64,000 bases of DNA from Dendrobates tinctorius (lineage: Eukaryota): contig NW_027361844.1 in assembly GCF_039654945.1 (NCBI RefSeq), forward strand, positions 13,392,001-13,456,000, read 5' to 3'. Made by a program: the position numbers and the translations under genes. This document shows positions 1 to 12,166 of this stretch, one piece after another (within the stretch, counting starts at the first letter, position 1; each line of letters starts with the position of its first letter). Under the pieces are notes generated by a model, which did no database searches, was not told the DNA's origin, and saw nothing but the letters and a program-made list of their open reading frames with translations.

Positions 1-2769
1 TGGGTGCAAACCATGATTGCAGAAGAACGGTGTGGTTTTGATAGATTCCTGATACTGGTTATTTAGAGCAAACTCAGCTAATGGGAGATGTTCCGCCCAA
101 TCAGACTGATGTTCCGAGACATAGCAGCGAAGATATTGCTCTAGAGCCTGGTTGGTACGCTCCGTTTGACCATTGGTCTCAGGGTGGTAAGCGGAGGAGA
201 AGGATAATTCAATACCAATACGTTTGCAGAATGCTCTCCAGAATTTGGAAACAAACTGGGTACCTCGGTCAGACACGATATTCTCTGGAGCGCCATGCAG
301 CCTTATTACATGAACAATAAACAACTTACTCAGAGTTTCTGAACTAGGTAATCCAGAGAGGGGAACGAAATGACATTGCTTACTGAACCTGTCCACCACC
401 ACCCAGATGCATGTCTTCCCCTCTGAGGGTGGTAGGTCAGTAATGAAGTCCATGGAGATGTGGGTCCATGGACTCTCTGGAGCGGGCAAGGACTGGAGCC
501 AGCCGGCAGGCCGATTGTGAGGGGACTTGGCGCGAGCACAGATTTCACAAGCTAATACATAATCCTTGCAGTCCTTAACTACCGTTGGCCACCAAAAACT
601 CCTAGTCACAAGTCTGGCGGTATTATTGACCCCAGGATGACCTGCCAGGACGGAGTCGTGCGACTCCTTCAGAACTTGTAGGCGAAACGGCGCTGGAACA
701 AACAATTTCTGGGGGGGCGTCGAGTCAGGGGCTGGTTCTGGGGACCTACGGATCTCCTCCAGAAGGTCCAGAGACACAGCCGACACAACAATACCATTGG
801 CCAGTATTGGAACTGGCTCCGAGTCCTCAGCCTGTGAGGGGCAGAAACTTCGAGAGAGAGCATCAGCCCTCACATTTTTGGTACCAGGACGAAAGGTTAT
901 TAAGAAATCAAACCTAGAGAAGAACAAGGCCCACCTCGCTTGTCTAGGATTTAATCTTTTAGCTGACTCCAGGTAAGTCAGATTCTTGTGATCTGTAATC
1001 ACAGTGATCTTATGTTTGGCGCCTTCGAGGAAGTGGCGCCATTCCTCGAAGGCCCATTTGATCGCCAATAACTCCCGATTACCTATATCGTAATTCTTCT
1101 CAGTGGCAGAGAATTTGCGGGAGAAAAAGGCACATGGGCGAAGCTGAGTGAGTGATGCAGTGCCTTGCGACAGCACTGCTCCAACTCCGACCTCAGAGGC
1201 GTCCACCTCTACAATAAACGGGCGGTCCAGATCAGGCTGAACCAAAACTGGGTTGGCTACAAAGCACTCTTTTAACGTAGCAAAAGCCTGAATTGCCTCA
1301 GGGTTCCAATTGGTCACGTCTGCCCCTTTTCGGGTCAAATCCGTGAGTGGTTTAGCAATTTCGGAGAAACCCCTGATGAATTTTCGGTAATAATTTGCAA
1401 ACCCTAAAAATCGCTGCAGCGCCTTTAGCGACTTGGGTTGCACCCAAGTTTTAATAGGTTGGATCTTGGCAGGATCCATACGGAAGCCTGTGCTTGAAAC
1501 CACATATCCTAAAAATTGTACCTCCTCCGCAAAAAAAACACATTTCTCCAGTTTAGCAAACAGGGAGTGTTCTCGCAGTCTCTGCAGTACAGAGCGAACG
1601 TGCTGAGCATGTGTCACAGGGTCAGCAGAATAAATCAAAATGTCATCTAAATACACGACGACATACACCCCACAAATGTCCCTGAAAATGTCATTTACAA
1701 AGTGCTGGAACACGGCAGGTGCGTTACTGAGTCCGAAGGGCATTACCAGGTACTCAAAGTGGCCAAGAGGGGTATTAAAGGCTGTTTTCCACTCATCCCC
1801 GTCTCTTATGCGGACTAGATTGTATGCCCCCCGGAGGTCCAGTTTAGTAAACCAATGGGCTCCCATTAGCTGATTAAAAAGATCAGGGATGAGTGGAAGC
1901 GGGTACTGGTTCTTTATAGTGATTGCATTCAATTCCCGGTAATCAATGCAGGGTCTGAGACCACCATCTTTCTTTTCTACAAAGAAGAAGCCAGCTCCAA
2001 CTGGTGAAATAGATGGTCTAATAAACCCCTTTTTTAAGCTATCTGCTATGTACTCGTTCATAGCCTGACGCTCTGGACCTGAGAGATTAAATATTCTCCC
2101 TTTAGGGAGACGGGCATCTGGAATCAGATCTATAGGGCAATCATACTTTCTGTGAGGGGGTAGCTTTTCAGATTTTGCAATAGAAAAGACATCCTCAAAA
2201 TCTCTGAAGGCAAACGGTATGTGGAGGGGTTTAACTTTAACTTGGTTTACTGTTAGCGACATGCAGTTTTCCTGACAGTGTGAACTCCAGCGTATAACAT
2301 CGCCTAGGTGCCAGTCGATGACTGGATTATGCTGGCGTAGCCATGGCATCCCCAAAATGACTGCAGCAGACAAATTATCCATCACAAAAAATGACATAAC
2401 CTCGGTATGCAATGCTCCCACCGACATAGTGATTTTGTCAGTAACAAATTTAACCCCCTCCTGGACAATAGATGTGCCATTAATAGCCGTAGTTTTTATA
2501 GGGGCATTAAGTCTTAATAGGGGTACACCGAGACTTTTAGCAACCAAAGAATCCATAAAATTCCCTTCAGATCCACAATCCACATATGCGTTCACACACT
2601 GAGATTTCTGACCAAAAGAAAGGGCAATAGGCAATAAAACTTTAGCCGCATCTGCGGGCAATACCTGTGCCCCTGGGCAACCATAGCCAGAGTTGCCCAG
2701 AGGCCGATGTCTCAGTAGTATGGATCTCTGACGCTCAGCTCTTTCTCTGAAGGCTCCAGACTGCAGCAT
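1..2769 (-). CDS. pol: Ty3/Gypsy (chromovirus/Tf2-like) pol polyprotein: protease-RT-RNase H-integrase, open to the window edge
   Basis: Manual translation of the minus strand from ATG at 2769: AYVDCGSEGNF (protease, ~2580); GDEWKTAFNTPLGHFEYLVMPFGLSNAP and VVYLDDILIYS (RT, ~1650-1800); VEVDAS (RNase H, ~1200); HDSVLAGHPG..CEIC, SMDFITDLP, IVSDRGTQF, YHPETNGQTERTNQ (integrase). All motifs checked are in one frame. The ORF is absent from the ORF track, as expected if it has no stop inside the window. Confidence 0.93.
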   Translation of the reverse strand, partial: MLQSGAFRERAERQRSILLRHRPLGNSGYGCPGAQVLPADAAKVLLPIALSFGQKSQCVNAYVDCGSEGNFMDSLVAKSLGVPLLRLNAPIKTTAINGTSIVQEGVKFVTDKITMSVGALHTEVMSFFVMDNLSAAVILGMPWLRQHNPVIDWHLGDVIRWSSHCQENCMSLTVNQVKVKPLHIPFAFRDFEDVFSIAKSEKLPPHRKYDCPIDLIPDARLPKGRIFNLSGPERQAMNEYIADSLKKGFIRPSISPVGAGFFFVEKKDGGLRPCIDYRELNAITIKNQYPLPLIPDLFNQLMGAHWFTKLDLRGAYNLVRIRDGDEWKTAFNTPLGHFEYLVMPFGLSNAPAVFQHFVNDIFRDICGVYVVVYLDDILIYSADPVTHAQHVRSVLQRLREHSLFAKLEKCVFFAEEVQFLGYVVSSTGFRMDPAKIQPIKTWVQPKSLKALQRFLGFANYYRKFIRGFSEIAKPLTDLTRKGADVTNWNPEAIQAFATLKECFVANPVLVQPDLDRPFIVEVDASEVGVGAVLSQGTASLTQLRPCAFFSRKFSATEKNYDIGNRELLAIKWAFEEWRHFLEGAKHKITVITDHKNLTYLESAKRLNPRQARWALFFSRFDFLITFRPGTKNVRADALSRSFCPSQAEDSEPVPILANGIVVSAVSLDLLEEIRRSPEPAPDSTPPQKLFVPAPFRLQVLKESHDSVLAGHPGVNNTARLVTRSFWWPTVVKDCKDYVLACEICARAKSPHNRPAGWLQSLPAPESPWTHISMDFITDLPPSEGKTCIWVVVDRFSKQCHFVPLSGLPSSETLSKLFIVHVIRLHGAPENIVSDRGTQFVSKFWRAFCKRIGIELSFSSAYHPETNGQTERTNQALEQYLRCYVSEHQSDWAEHLPLAEFALNNQYQESIKTTPFFCNHGLHP

Positions 2770-2942
2770 ACTGGTGCAGGAAGATGAAAGTGCTCCTTCA
2801 GGCTGTGCACTGAAACAGGTGTTTAGGCCAGAAATCAGCTCAGTCAGAAGAAGGGAGAGAAAAAAAAAGTTCAGGGAGACTGCTTTTGTATATGCTGGAT
2901 ATATACACAAGAAGCAGTTTTTTTTTATATGGCCGGATATAA

Positions 2943-3927
2943 TGTGACGTCCGCCTGCGGGTCTGGGCTGCAGCCAGGCAACACCCCGAGAAACACTGAT
3001 ACCCTTTACCCCTATACAGGGATCTGGATTTATAGCAGAGCCCAGGAGGCGCTGTCTGAGTAGGAGCAGTGACCAGAGCAGGACGGTCGTCAGAAAGGTG
3101 TTCCAATACAGGACACAAACGTGGAGATATGCGGGTCTAAACCAGTCAGGCAGCAATGGTACAAAAACGGTAGACAGAAGCAGAGTCAGATTCAGGCCGA
3201 GAGTCATAAACCAGGAGAGTAGCAGAGGTACAGAATCGTTAGGCAGAAGCAGAGTCAGATTCAAGCCGAAAGTCATAAACCAGGAGAGTAGCAGAGGTAC
3301 AGAATCGTTAGGCAGAAGCAGAGTCAGATTCAGGCCGAAAGTCATAAACCAGGAGAGTCGCAGAGGTACAGAATCGTTAGGCAGAAGGAGAGTCAGAAGT
3401 CCAGGCCAAAGTCAGTCAGTCAGAAAGTAATTCACACAGCAACACACAGGGGAACCAAGAATATATCCGGCGGCTTGCAAGACCAGTCCCAAGGTATTTC
3501 AGGGATCAGGTCACCCCTCATAGGTTCCTGGACTGATGATGTCATCAGTACCGCCCCCAGGACCAGGCCAGATGGAGATGCAGTAACCTCTTGATGACTG
3601 ACAGAGTGGTGGAGCCTGCGTCCACCAGATGCCTGCGCAGGTGCCCTTACTCTGTCAGCACCATAACTCCCGGGCGAGCCATGGCGCCTCCTAGTGACCG
3701 CGACAGGAGCAGCAGACCCAGAATTTAATGGCGACGTGACAGACCGGCGCCTCCTAGAGGCTAAAGCCGGGACAGTAGGCTCTGAGCCTGACGTGACAGA
3801 ACCACGGCCCCTTCCAGTGGCCGAGGCAGGAACAGCCGTCCCTGAGTCTGACGATAAAGTGGCGGTCCGGCGCCTCCTAGTGGCCGCGACCGGAACAGCA
3901 GGCCCTAAGTCTGGCGGAAACGTGACA
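2943..3927 (-). mobile_element. 5' LTR of the Gypsy element (TGTCACG...CGTCACA)
   Basis: Inverted TG..CA termini; followed on the minus strand by a TTATATCCGGCC PBS-like motif; interrupts the DIRS-like gag exactly at 3927. Confidence 0.8.
3175..3410. repeat. 60-bp tandem repeat (~4 copies) inside the LTR
   Basis: CAGAAGCAGAGTCAGATTCAGGCCGAAAGTCATAAACCAGGAGAGTAGCAGAGGTACAGAATCGTTAGG repeats with period 60. Confidence 0.9.
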
Positions 3928-5497
3928 TCAACATACTCATCCCTCCAAATTTTCTCCTTCACCTCCTTTTTCAAATGGTCCCTCAAAACACACATACACC
4001 TCCCCCTTAGCCCTATCATCCAGTTTCACTGAGTCTCCTTTTTCCTTATCTGTTTGAACCGACACAGATTCACCCGATGATGACGCCTGTGCCCACCCAA
4101 CTGACCTCGACGGCTCGCTAACCAGCTGTGATCCGAACCCTGTCCCTTGCAGCCATGCCCCCACTGGCGATGCCCCAGCACCATCCATCACCCCACCATC
4201 TAATCTCCTCAAAATGTGTGACATTCCAACCAAAATATCCCTAATACCCAGTGCCCCTAAACCACTAGATCCACTCAAACCACTATCCTCTCACCCTGAC
4301 ACCTGACTCCCCCCAACCTCCCTTGAAATGACCCCATCTGGCGACACACAAGACATAGAAGTATACTCACTGGGCTGTGTGGGTGCTGCTGCTCTCCTTC
4401 CCCATGCTGATCACTGTCGGACTCTGACTCTTCAGCACCACTATGCTGCACCTGACCTGTGCCCCTGTTTTCCTTGTCACCAAGGGGGACCAGAGCACAA
4501 GAGGCACGTCGCTCCACCGATTTCCTACTGGACCAAGACCGCTCTGGATCACCAAACCCAGGCTTGCCAGCCTGGTCCGAAACACGTCCCTGTGACCTGC
4601 CAGGCAGCCCAGCCCTGCTGCCCGCCACTCCTTGTGACCGTTGATGGTATCCTGGGTACAGCTGTGGGGGGTCCCATTGCTGCAGCGTGCTCGCCGGAAT
4701 GCTCTGCTGCCCCCTCCGTCTGACAGGTACCCCAGCAGCCGCCTCTCCCGGGGTACCTGCTGCTGGATCTGTTACCTTGTCCCTGCATTTAGTGGTGTCT
4801 GCCGACTCCACCTGCCTCCGTCTCTGCACCGCTGCCCTGGCCGCGACTACTGGTGCTCCCGCGCAGCTCCCAGGCTCTCTTCGGGCACTCGATGCCTCCT
4901 GCTCAGCCTGAGCAGGTCGCAACTTCCGTTGGGGTCCGTACTTCCTTTGCGCCCTCACACCCGGCACATGCCACCGACCAGCACCAGTAGGCCGGGTGTC
5001 TGGATTCCTGCCGGAGAGGGCGCAAGGCAGAGATGCCACATTGCTGCACCTGGCCTCCGCAGGGTCCCCAGAGGGGGATCGTGGCCTTCGCCTGCCGTGT
5101 GTCATCACCTCAGGGGATAATCTCTCCGGGGGCCTTGTCCTCCTGCTCCTGCAGTCCTGCTTCTGATTCTCACTAGCGCCCAGCAGAGAGGAAAGCTGCT
5201 CCTCCAGCCATCCTCCCCTCTTGGAGCAAGCGACAATCCTCAGCCGATCAAACAACGACTCCACTGACTCCATAGGTGAGCTTGCTTAATGGTGGTCTTC
5301 CTTCTCCAGCTTCCTGTTGAATAATGACTGTTTTGCCGTACTTTTTGCCTCGCTTCTGAGCCTGCCCCCCACTACTCCTCCCCCAAACCCCTTCCACCAA
5401 TCCACACCTTCACCTTCCTTGTTTGAAAAAACCCCACTGGCCAACGCAGTCATGGGTGGCTTCCATCTAGCTGCGCCCATTCCTGCCCCCATCTGGA
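3928..5497 (-). mobile_element. 5' part of a tyrosine-recombinase (DIRS/Ngaro-like) retrotransposon; frameshifted gag-like ORF1
   Basis: ORFs 4275-5273 and 3937-4278 plus a frameshifted GEVYVCFEGP..HLKKEVKEKIWRDEYVD motif that I recognise from amphibian YR-element ORF1; cut by the Gypsy LTR at 3927. Confidence 0.65.
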
Positions 5498-6971
5498 TGT
5501 ACACTATCTACAGAGGCTCGGGACCACGAAAGGGACATGGGTCACCCCAAGTTTTGCCAATCTTTTTATAGGGTATTTCTAATCCCTTTCTGCACTGAGC
5601 CTTTTTTCAAAGAGAAAATTTTGCTCTATAAAAGCTGCATAGATGATCTAGTGATCCTGTGGAAAGGGTCCACAGAATAAGCATGGGAACTAATTAATAA
5701 ATTAAACGCAAACGAATGGGGGATCACTTTTACTACAAATTTAGACAAAAATAAAATCACTTTTCTAGATCTTGAAGTTAGCCACAAAGACAACCGCATA
5801 GTAACAAAAACCTTTTCCAAAAAAGTGGATAGCAACGGCTTTTTGGATTTCCGTAGCGTACACTATGGCAAATGGAAGCAAAATATTCCACATAGTCAAT
5901 TTCTACATATTCAAAAGAATTGCAGCAATGTAGTTGACTGTGTAACAATCAGAGATTCTTAAACCAGATTCCTGGAGAAAAAATATCTTAAAAAATTAGT
6001 GCAAGGCGCATACAAAAAGAATCTGATCAAAACTCAAGCTGATTGCTAAACACAGAAAAATTGAAAAAAGTTTTTTTCCCTAGAAAATGGGATTATCAAT
6101 AATCTGATTAATGGAGTGGCTAAATCCCGTGGTCCTTGGAGAAAGAACCAAACAATAAAAGCAAACCCCTGGCGTTTTAATTTCGTTACCCAGTTTAATA
6201 ATGGCAACCAAAAAATAAGAAACATCCTTGAAAAATGTTGGTATCTTTTAATTAAAGACCCCATTTTAAAGAATTTGTTACCAAAAAAACTTGATATATC
6301 CTTTAAGAGGGGTCGTACCATAAGAAACCTGATAGCACCCAGTAACCTAAAAAAACACAAGATTCTCTTTGTGGGTCTTCAAAAGTTGTCTCTAGAAATT
6401 TATCCCCGACTGTTTACAAATGTGGATTGAGAAATTACTGCACATGTGACATTTTACAACATGGAGCTCGCTCTTTCACTTCATACAGTACTGGTGAGGT
6501 TTTTGAGATTAACCAACATCTGTCTTGTGACAGTGACTATGCTCTTTATGTAGTCACGTGTTGCTGTGGCCTCCAATATGTCGGCCACACAACACAATCA
6601 GAGCAAGAATGAATGGACACCGTCATAATACGAAAATCGGATTCCTTCAGCATAGCTTGTCGCGGCATATGTTATTAAAGCATAATAAAAAATTCCATCC
6701 AACAGTTACACCAGTAGAATATATACCTTCTTGAGTGTTGAATCGCAACCAAACATTAAATCGGAAGGAATCCTTTTGGATATTTCGGTTACAAACTCTG
6801 TACCCGAATGGTTTGAATGATGTGATCGAGAAAGTTTAGAGATGTTATACCTATCAACATAGTGGTCAGATTTATTACACTTTTTGCTTTTCCTTTCTTT
6901 TTGGTTGTAGCAATAAGAATCAGCTGTTTAGCTGCCTGTGAATATTGGTTGTTTTTTTGAGTTTCCTTTCA

Positions 6972-7826
6972 GGCTATGTGCACACGGAAATTTCCGTGAC
7001 AATTCTGCAACTCCCTGCCGTGGGAAATTCACTGGAAAACCGCATGCGGAATTCCCGCGAAAAACTAGCATTTTGCAAGCGTAATTAGCTTGCAGAATGC
7101 TAGTGTTTTCCAAGTGATCTGTAGCATCGCTTGGAAAACTCAATGACAGGTTGGTCACACTCCTCAAACATAGTGTTTGACAAGTGTGACCAACTTTTTT
7201 ACTATTAATGCTGCCTATGCAATAGTAAAAGATAGGATGTAAAAAATAATAAAAAAAATGTTATTCTCACCTTCCGACGGCCCCTGATCTGCTCTGCGGC
7301 GCTCCCAGCATCTTCCGGTCCCAGTAATGCTTTGCGCATAGGACCAGCGATGACGTCACACTCGCGAGACCGCGGTCATTCGCGCAAAGCATTACTGGGA
7401 CCAGAAGATGCCGGGAGAATGGTGAGAGGCAGGAAGGACTCCGGTGGCCGTCGGAAGGTGAGAATAACAATATATATTTTTTTCTCTATTTTTTTACAGG
7501 ATTATGGTACCCAAGGCCTGGAGGAGAATCTCCCCTCCTCCAGACCCTGGGTACCATCCCTATGCTCACTTCACTCATGGTGGGCATAGCCACATGCGAA
7601 AAATGAGCGTTTCAATGCAATCCTATGGGTGCGGAATCCCCTCGATACAGCAAAAAGAATGAGCATGCTGCGGATTTTTCCGCTATGCAATTGCGCAGCG
7701 GAAAAATCCGCAGCATTAGCACAGCATTGTCGAATCCCATAGGATTGCATGAGATGCGTTTTTTGCGTTTTCACGGTGATTCCGCGTGTAAAAAAAGCTG
7801 CAAAAACGCTACATGTGAACACAGCC
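6972..7826. mobile_element. PIF/Harbinger-like MITE
   Basis: GGCTATGTGCACAC...ATGTGAACACAGCC termini, TCA/TTA flanks; homologous to 59850-60786. Confidence 0.75.
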
Positions 7827-8159
7827 TTAGGCATTTTTTTTACACGTTTTAAATGGATTCTAATAATTTTTATCTTATCCATATATAGCGAATAGAAAGG
7901 GAAGGACAGAGGGTATGAAAAAAGAAAAGAATGTTTTTTTTTTAAATGAAAGATCACTTGTGTTATAACAAAGAATTATTGGGTATTTAGGTATATTTGG
8001 TGACTTTGTCATAAGTTGTATAATTACGGTCCCATTTTAGTTCTCAATGTTTTTGCGGTAGGCCATATTGGCCCTATAATGTATGATTAATTTTTACCAG
8101 AGTATAACCTTTCAGGATATATGGTTCATATTTGCATGTAAATTCCTTTTGCCTTTTAA

Positions 8160-8554
8160 GCCCCAGTTACACACTGCGATATCGCTAGCAATATTGCTGT
8201 AAAGTCACCGATTTTGTGACGTTGCAGCGATATTGCTAGTGATATCGCTGCATGTGATACTTACCTCCGACCGGCTCCCCCGCTGGTTATCGCTGATCGC
8301 GCGAGAAGCTCCTGGATCATTTCTCATCGGGCGCTTCCTGCTGGGCTTCCTGTGGCAACGACGAGCGACGCGTGGACGCGGGCGGGAGGACGTCAGGATT
8401 GCCGCGTCTGACAGGTAAGTAGCGACCCCCGACCCCAGCGATGTCGCTCGTGAGATCTGCCTGTGTGGCAGCTCACTAGCGACCACTTAGCGATGCACCA
8501 GCGATCCATATCGTTGTCGGGATCGCTGGTGCATCGCTAAGTGTAACGGTACCC
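8160..8554. mobile_element. Harbinger-like MITE (CG-rich ATCGCT family)
   Basis: ..GTTACAC / GTGTAAC.. inverted termini, TWA flanks; same family as 27970, 39261 and 45686. Confidence 0.75.
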
Positions 8555-8742
8555 TTAGTGAACTATACCCCTTATCCACCTTGGCTAATGAATTAAACCA
8601 ATCAAGAGGAGTGAGTTAATCAAGTCGAGTATTGGTGGTAGTAGCAAACACCCCACCCTTCCCTCTCTTTTCTTTTTCCCATTCTTGTTGGGAAAAGGGT
8701 TTAAAAAGACATGGCTACTGTTCCAGTATGGATGTATAATTA

Positions 8743-8780
8743 CCTGATGAAGGCTTTTGCTCTCTTCAAGCTGAAACGCT
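8743..8780 (+). ncRNA. degenerate hammerhead ribozyme remnant in the Penelope pLTR
   Basis: CTGATGA-aggctt..aagct-GAAACG; the 3' strands of stems III and I are missing. Confidence 0.5.
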
Positions 8781-9132
8781 TTGTTTTTACTTTATGTGTA
8801 GAATAAAAAACTTTTGTTAATAAGCTAATATAGCACACTACTTAATTTTCTGGAGCGCCGGCATCACACTGGTTTCCTGTACCCTTTCACTTTGACTTGC
8901 GGATGATTGAGGATCGCCTCGTGGACGAGGAGCCGTGCAGCAGACCAAGAAACTAGGGCCTTGGTCGGGAACATCCTTCAGGGATAATGCGCTGTTTAGT
9001 CGACCTAAGTCTGGTGAGTGCATCAGCTCTGCGCTTTTATTTGTGATTTTTTTAATATTGCACTCTGATCCTGTTCGATGCTGTCCTTTTTATATTCCCT
9101 ATCCTCAGGGTACTATATGAAAATCTTTTGAC

Positions 9133-10940
9133 TATCTAGGGGCTGTGAGGGGGATCATCAGGCTGTATTGGTGCTGTTAGGGGGACCATTATACTATGTT
9201 GTTTTTACTTTATGTGTAGAATAAAAAAGTCCACCTAACAGCTCCAATACAGTATGTTGATCCCCTACACCTCCATATAGTATAAGGGTCCCCCTCACAG
9301 CCCCATCAAAGTATTATGGACCCCCTTGCAACTCTAATGCTGTATAATGGTCCACCTCAGCCCCAAGCTGTATGACAACCCCCCGTCGACCCCATTTAGT
9401 TCAAGGGTCCCCCTCACAGCATGATGGTCCCCCAAAGCCTCATGTAGTATTAAGGTCCCTCTCACAGCCATAATACAATATGATAGTCTCCCACAGTCCC
9501 TGTACAGTTTGCTGGTTTCCTACAGCCCCCATGTAGTAAGATGAACCGCTTTACTGTCCCAATACAATATGATGTTCCCTTTCGCAGCCCCAATAGTGTA
9601 CGATGGTCCCACTCACAACTCCAATTCTGTATTAAGCCCCCCCGCAGCACTCATATAGTATAAGGGTCCCCCTCACTGCCCCAATATTATTATGGTCCCC
9701 CACAGCCCCATATAGTATGAGGGTCCCCCTCACAGCTCAAATACAGTGTGATGGCCCCCCACATCCCCTATATAGTGTGAGGTCTCCCTAACAGCTTCTA
9801 TACAGTATGATGGTCCCCCTTACAGCTCCAATACAGTATGATGGTCTTGCATAGCTCCCATTTAGTATGAGTGTCCCACTTACAGCTCGAATACAGTATG
9901 ATGGTCTTTGTCACAGTCCCAATAAAGTATGAGTGTCTCCCTCACAGCCCCAATAAAGTATGATAGGACCCTACAGCTCCCATATATTGTAATGAACCCC
10001 ATTACAGTCACGATATAGTGTAATGGTCACAATTACAGCCCTAAACTGTATGATGGTCATCCCCACTGCTCCAATACTGTATGTTGGCCTCCTGCAGCCC
10101 CCTTATTTAATGAAGATCACCCTCACAGCCCCAATACAGGATTATGGTCCCCCACAGTCACATATAGTATGAGGAAACAGCAGCACTCAAAAAGAAGGTC
10201 GTTTTTTCCAATTGCAAGTGAAATAATTTTTATTTAAAGTCACCACAGAAGTATTTAAAGTGTTGAGGTAACGTTTCAACCCTGTGTCGGGTCTTTTTCA
10301 AACCTCACTTAAAGCAGAACACAAGGTAGAAACAGGAGAGGCCACAGTGGAATGAGTATACTGGAAGGGCAATTGGCCAAATAAGAAAATCCAGCAGGGC
10401 AGAGGACCGGGCAGGAGTCCTGGTATAAACTGGAGGTATGAAGCAAAGGTGCCGTCTGTGGTGGTGTGGTCTGTGGACTCCTGAGGACTTTATACCAGGA
10501 CTCCTGCCCGGTCCTCTGCCCTGCTGGATTTTCTTATTTGGCCGATAGCCCTTCCAGTATACTCATTCCACTGTGGCCTCTCCTGTTTCTACCTTGTGGT
10601 CTGCTTTAAGTGAGGCTTGAAAAAGACCCGACACAGGGTCGAAACGTACCTCAACACTTTAAATACTTCTGTGGTGACTTTAAATAAAAATTAGTTCACT
10701 TGCAATTGGAAAAAACGACCTTCTTTTTGAGTGTGGCTGTTTCCTCACTATTTGATGACTTCTCTGGACTAGTTCCAGGTTCAGACTCTACCTGCCACTC
10801 ACTCACAGAGTGCACGCCTTTCTTTATACACATATAGTATGAGGGTGCCTCTCACAGCCCCAATACAATATGATGGCCCCCCACAGTCTCCATATAGTAT
10901 GAGAGTCCCCTTAACACCTCCAATACAGTATGATGGTCCA
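9133..10940. repeat. degenerate ~30-bp minisatellite (CCCCTCACAGCCCCAATACAGTATGATGGT-like)
   Basis: Tandem degenerate units; the first ~65 bp are inverted; interrupted at 10155-10828. Confidence 0.85.
10155..10828. mobile_element. inverted (head-to-head) Penelope-type pLTR insertion with variant hammerheads
   Basis: ~290-bp arms 10151-10440 and 10480-10746 are reverse complements; GAGG-CTTGAAAAA-GACCC gacaca GGGTC-GAAACGTA-CCTC at ~10612-10652 and its inverse at ~10265-10306; flanked by repeated CACATATAGTATGAGG. Confidence 0.75.
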
Positions 10941-12166
10941 TGTATGAATCATAAAAACAACACCTGATGATTTAATTATTTTGATCTCTCGACTGCTCTT
11001 TCATATACATTGGCATGTAAAATTTTGGGCACCCCTGATCAAAATTGCTATTATTGTTAACAGTTAAGCAAGTTGAGTTTGAAATGATCTTTAACCCCTA
11101 AGCGACAGAGCCAGTTTGCAGCTTAATGACCAGGACAATTTTTACAATTCTGACCACTGTCCCTTTATTAGGCTATAACTCTGGAACGCTTTAATGGATC
11201 CCGCTGATTCTGAGAATGTTTTTTCATGACATATTTTACTTCATGATAGTGGTAAAATTTCTTCGATAAGTCTTGTGTTTATTTATGAAAAAAACGGAAA
11301 TATGGCAAAAAGTTTGAAAATTTTGCAATTTTAAAAATTTAAATTTTTATGCCCTTAAATCAGAGAGATGTGTCACAAAAATTTCTTAATAAATAACATT
11401 TCTCACATGTCTACTTTACATCACCACAATTTTGGAAGCAAAATTTTTTTTTGTTAGGAAGTTATAAGGGTTAAATTTGACCAGCGATTTCTCATTTTTA
11501 CAACAAAATTTACAAAACCTTTTTTTTTTTAGGGACCACATCATATTTAAAGTCATTTTGAAGGGTGTACATGACAGAAAATACCCAAAAGTGGCACAAT
11601 TCTAAAAACTAGACCCCTCAAGGTGCTCAAAACCACATTCAACAAGTTTATTAACCCTTTAAGTGCTTCGTAGGAACTAAAGCAATGTGGAAGGAAAAAA
11701 TTAACATTTAACTTTTTTTTGCAAAAAATTTACTTCAGAACCAATTTTTTTTATTTTCACAAGTGTTAAAAGAGAAAATCAACCACAAAATTTGTTGTAC
11801 AATTTCTCTTGAATACGCTGATACCCCATATGTGGGGGTAAACCACTTTTTCAGCACACGGCAGAGCTCGCAAGGGATGGAGCGCCGTTTGACTTTTTCA
11901 ACGCAGAATTGGCTGGAATTGAGATCGGATGCCATGTTGGGTTCGGAGAGCCCTTAATGTGCCTAAACAGTGGAAACCTCCAACAAATGACCCCATTTTG
12001 GAAACTAGATGTGTGGTGAGCACTTTGAACCTTCAAGTGCTTCACAGAGGTTTATAACGTAGAGCCGTGAAAATAAGAAATCCATTTTTTTCCACAAAAA
12101 TGATCTTTTCGCCCCCAAATTTTTATTTTTACAAGGGTAACAGGAGAAATTATACCCCCACAGTTA

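Larger units (their letters stand above)
5500..9132 (+). mobile_element. 5'-truncated, degenerate Penelope-like element (RT C-terminus + GIY-YIG endonuclease + 3' pseudo-LTR)
   Basis: YLQRLGT..PSFANLFIG (~5505), CIDDLVILWK (~5637), ITFLDLEV, NIPHSQFL, SCDSDYALYVVTCCCGLQYVGHTT (GIY-YIG, ~6520), WIFRLQTLYPNGLND (~6780); several stops and frameshifts. Confidence 0.88.
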
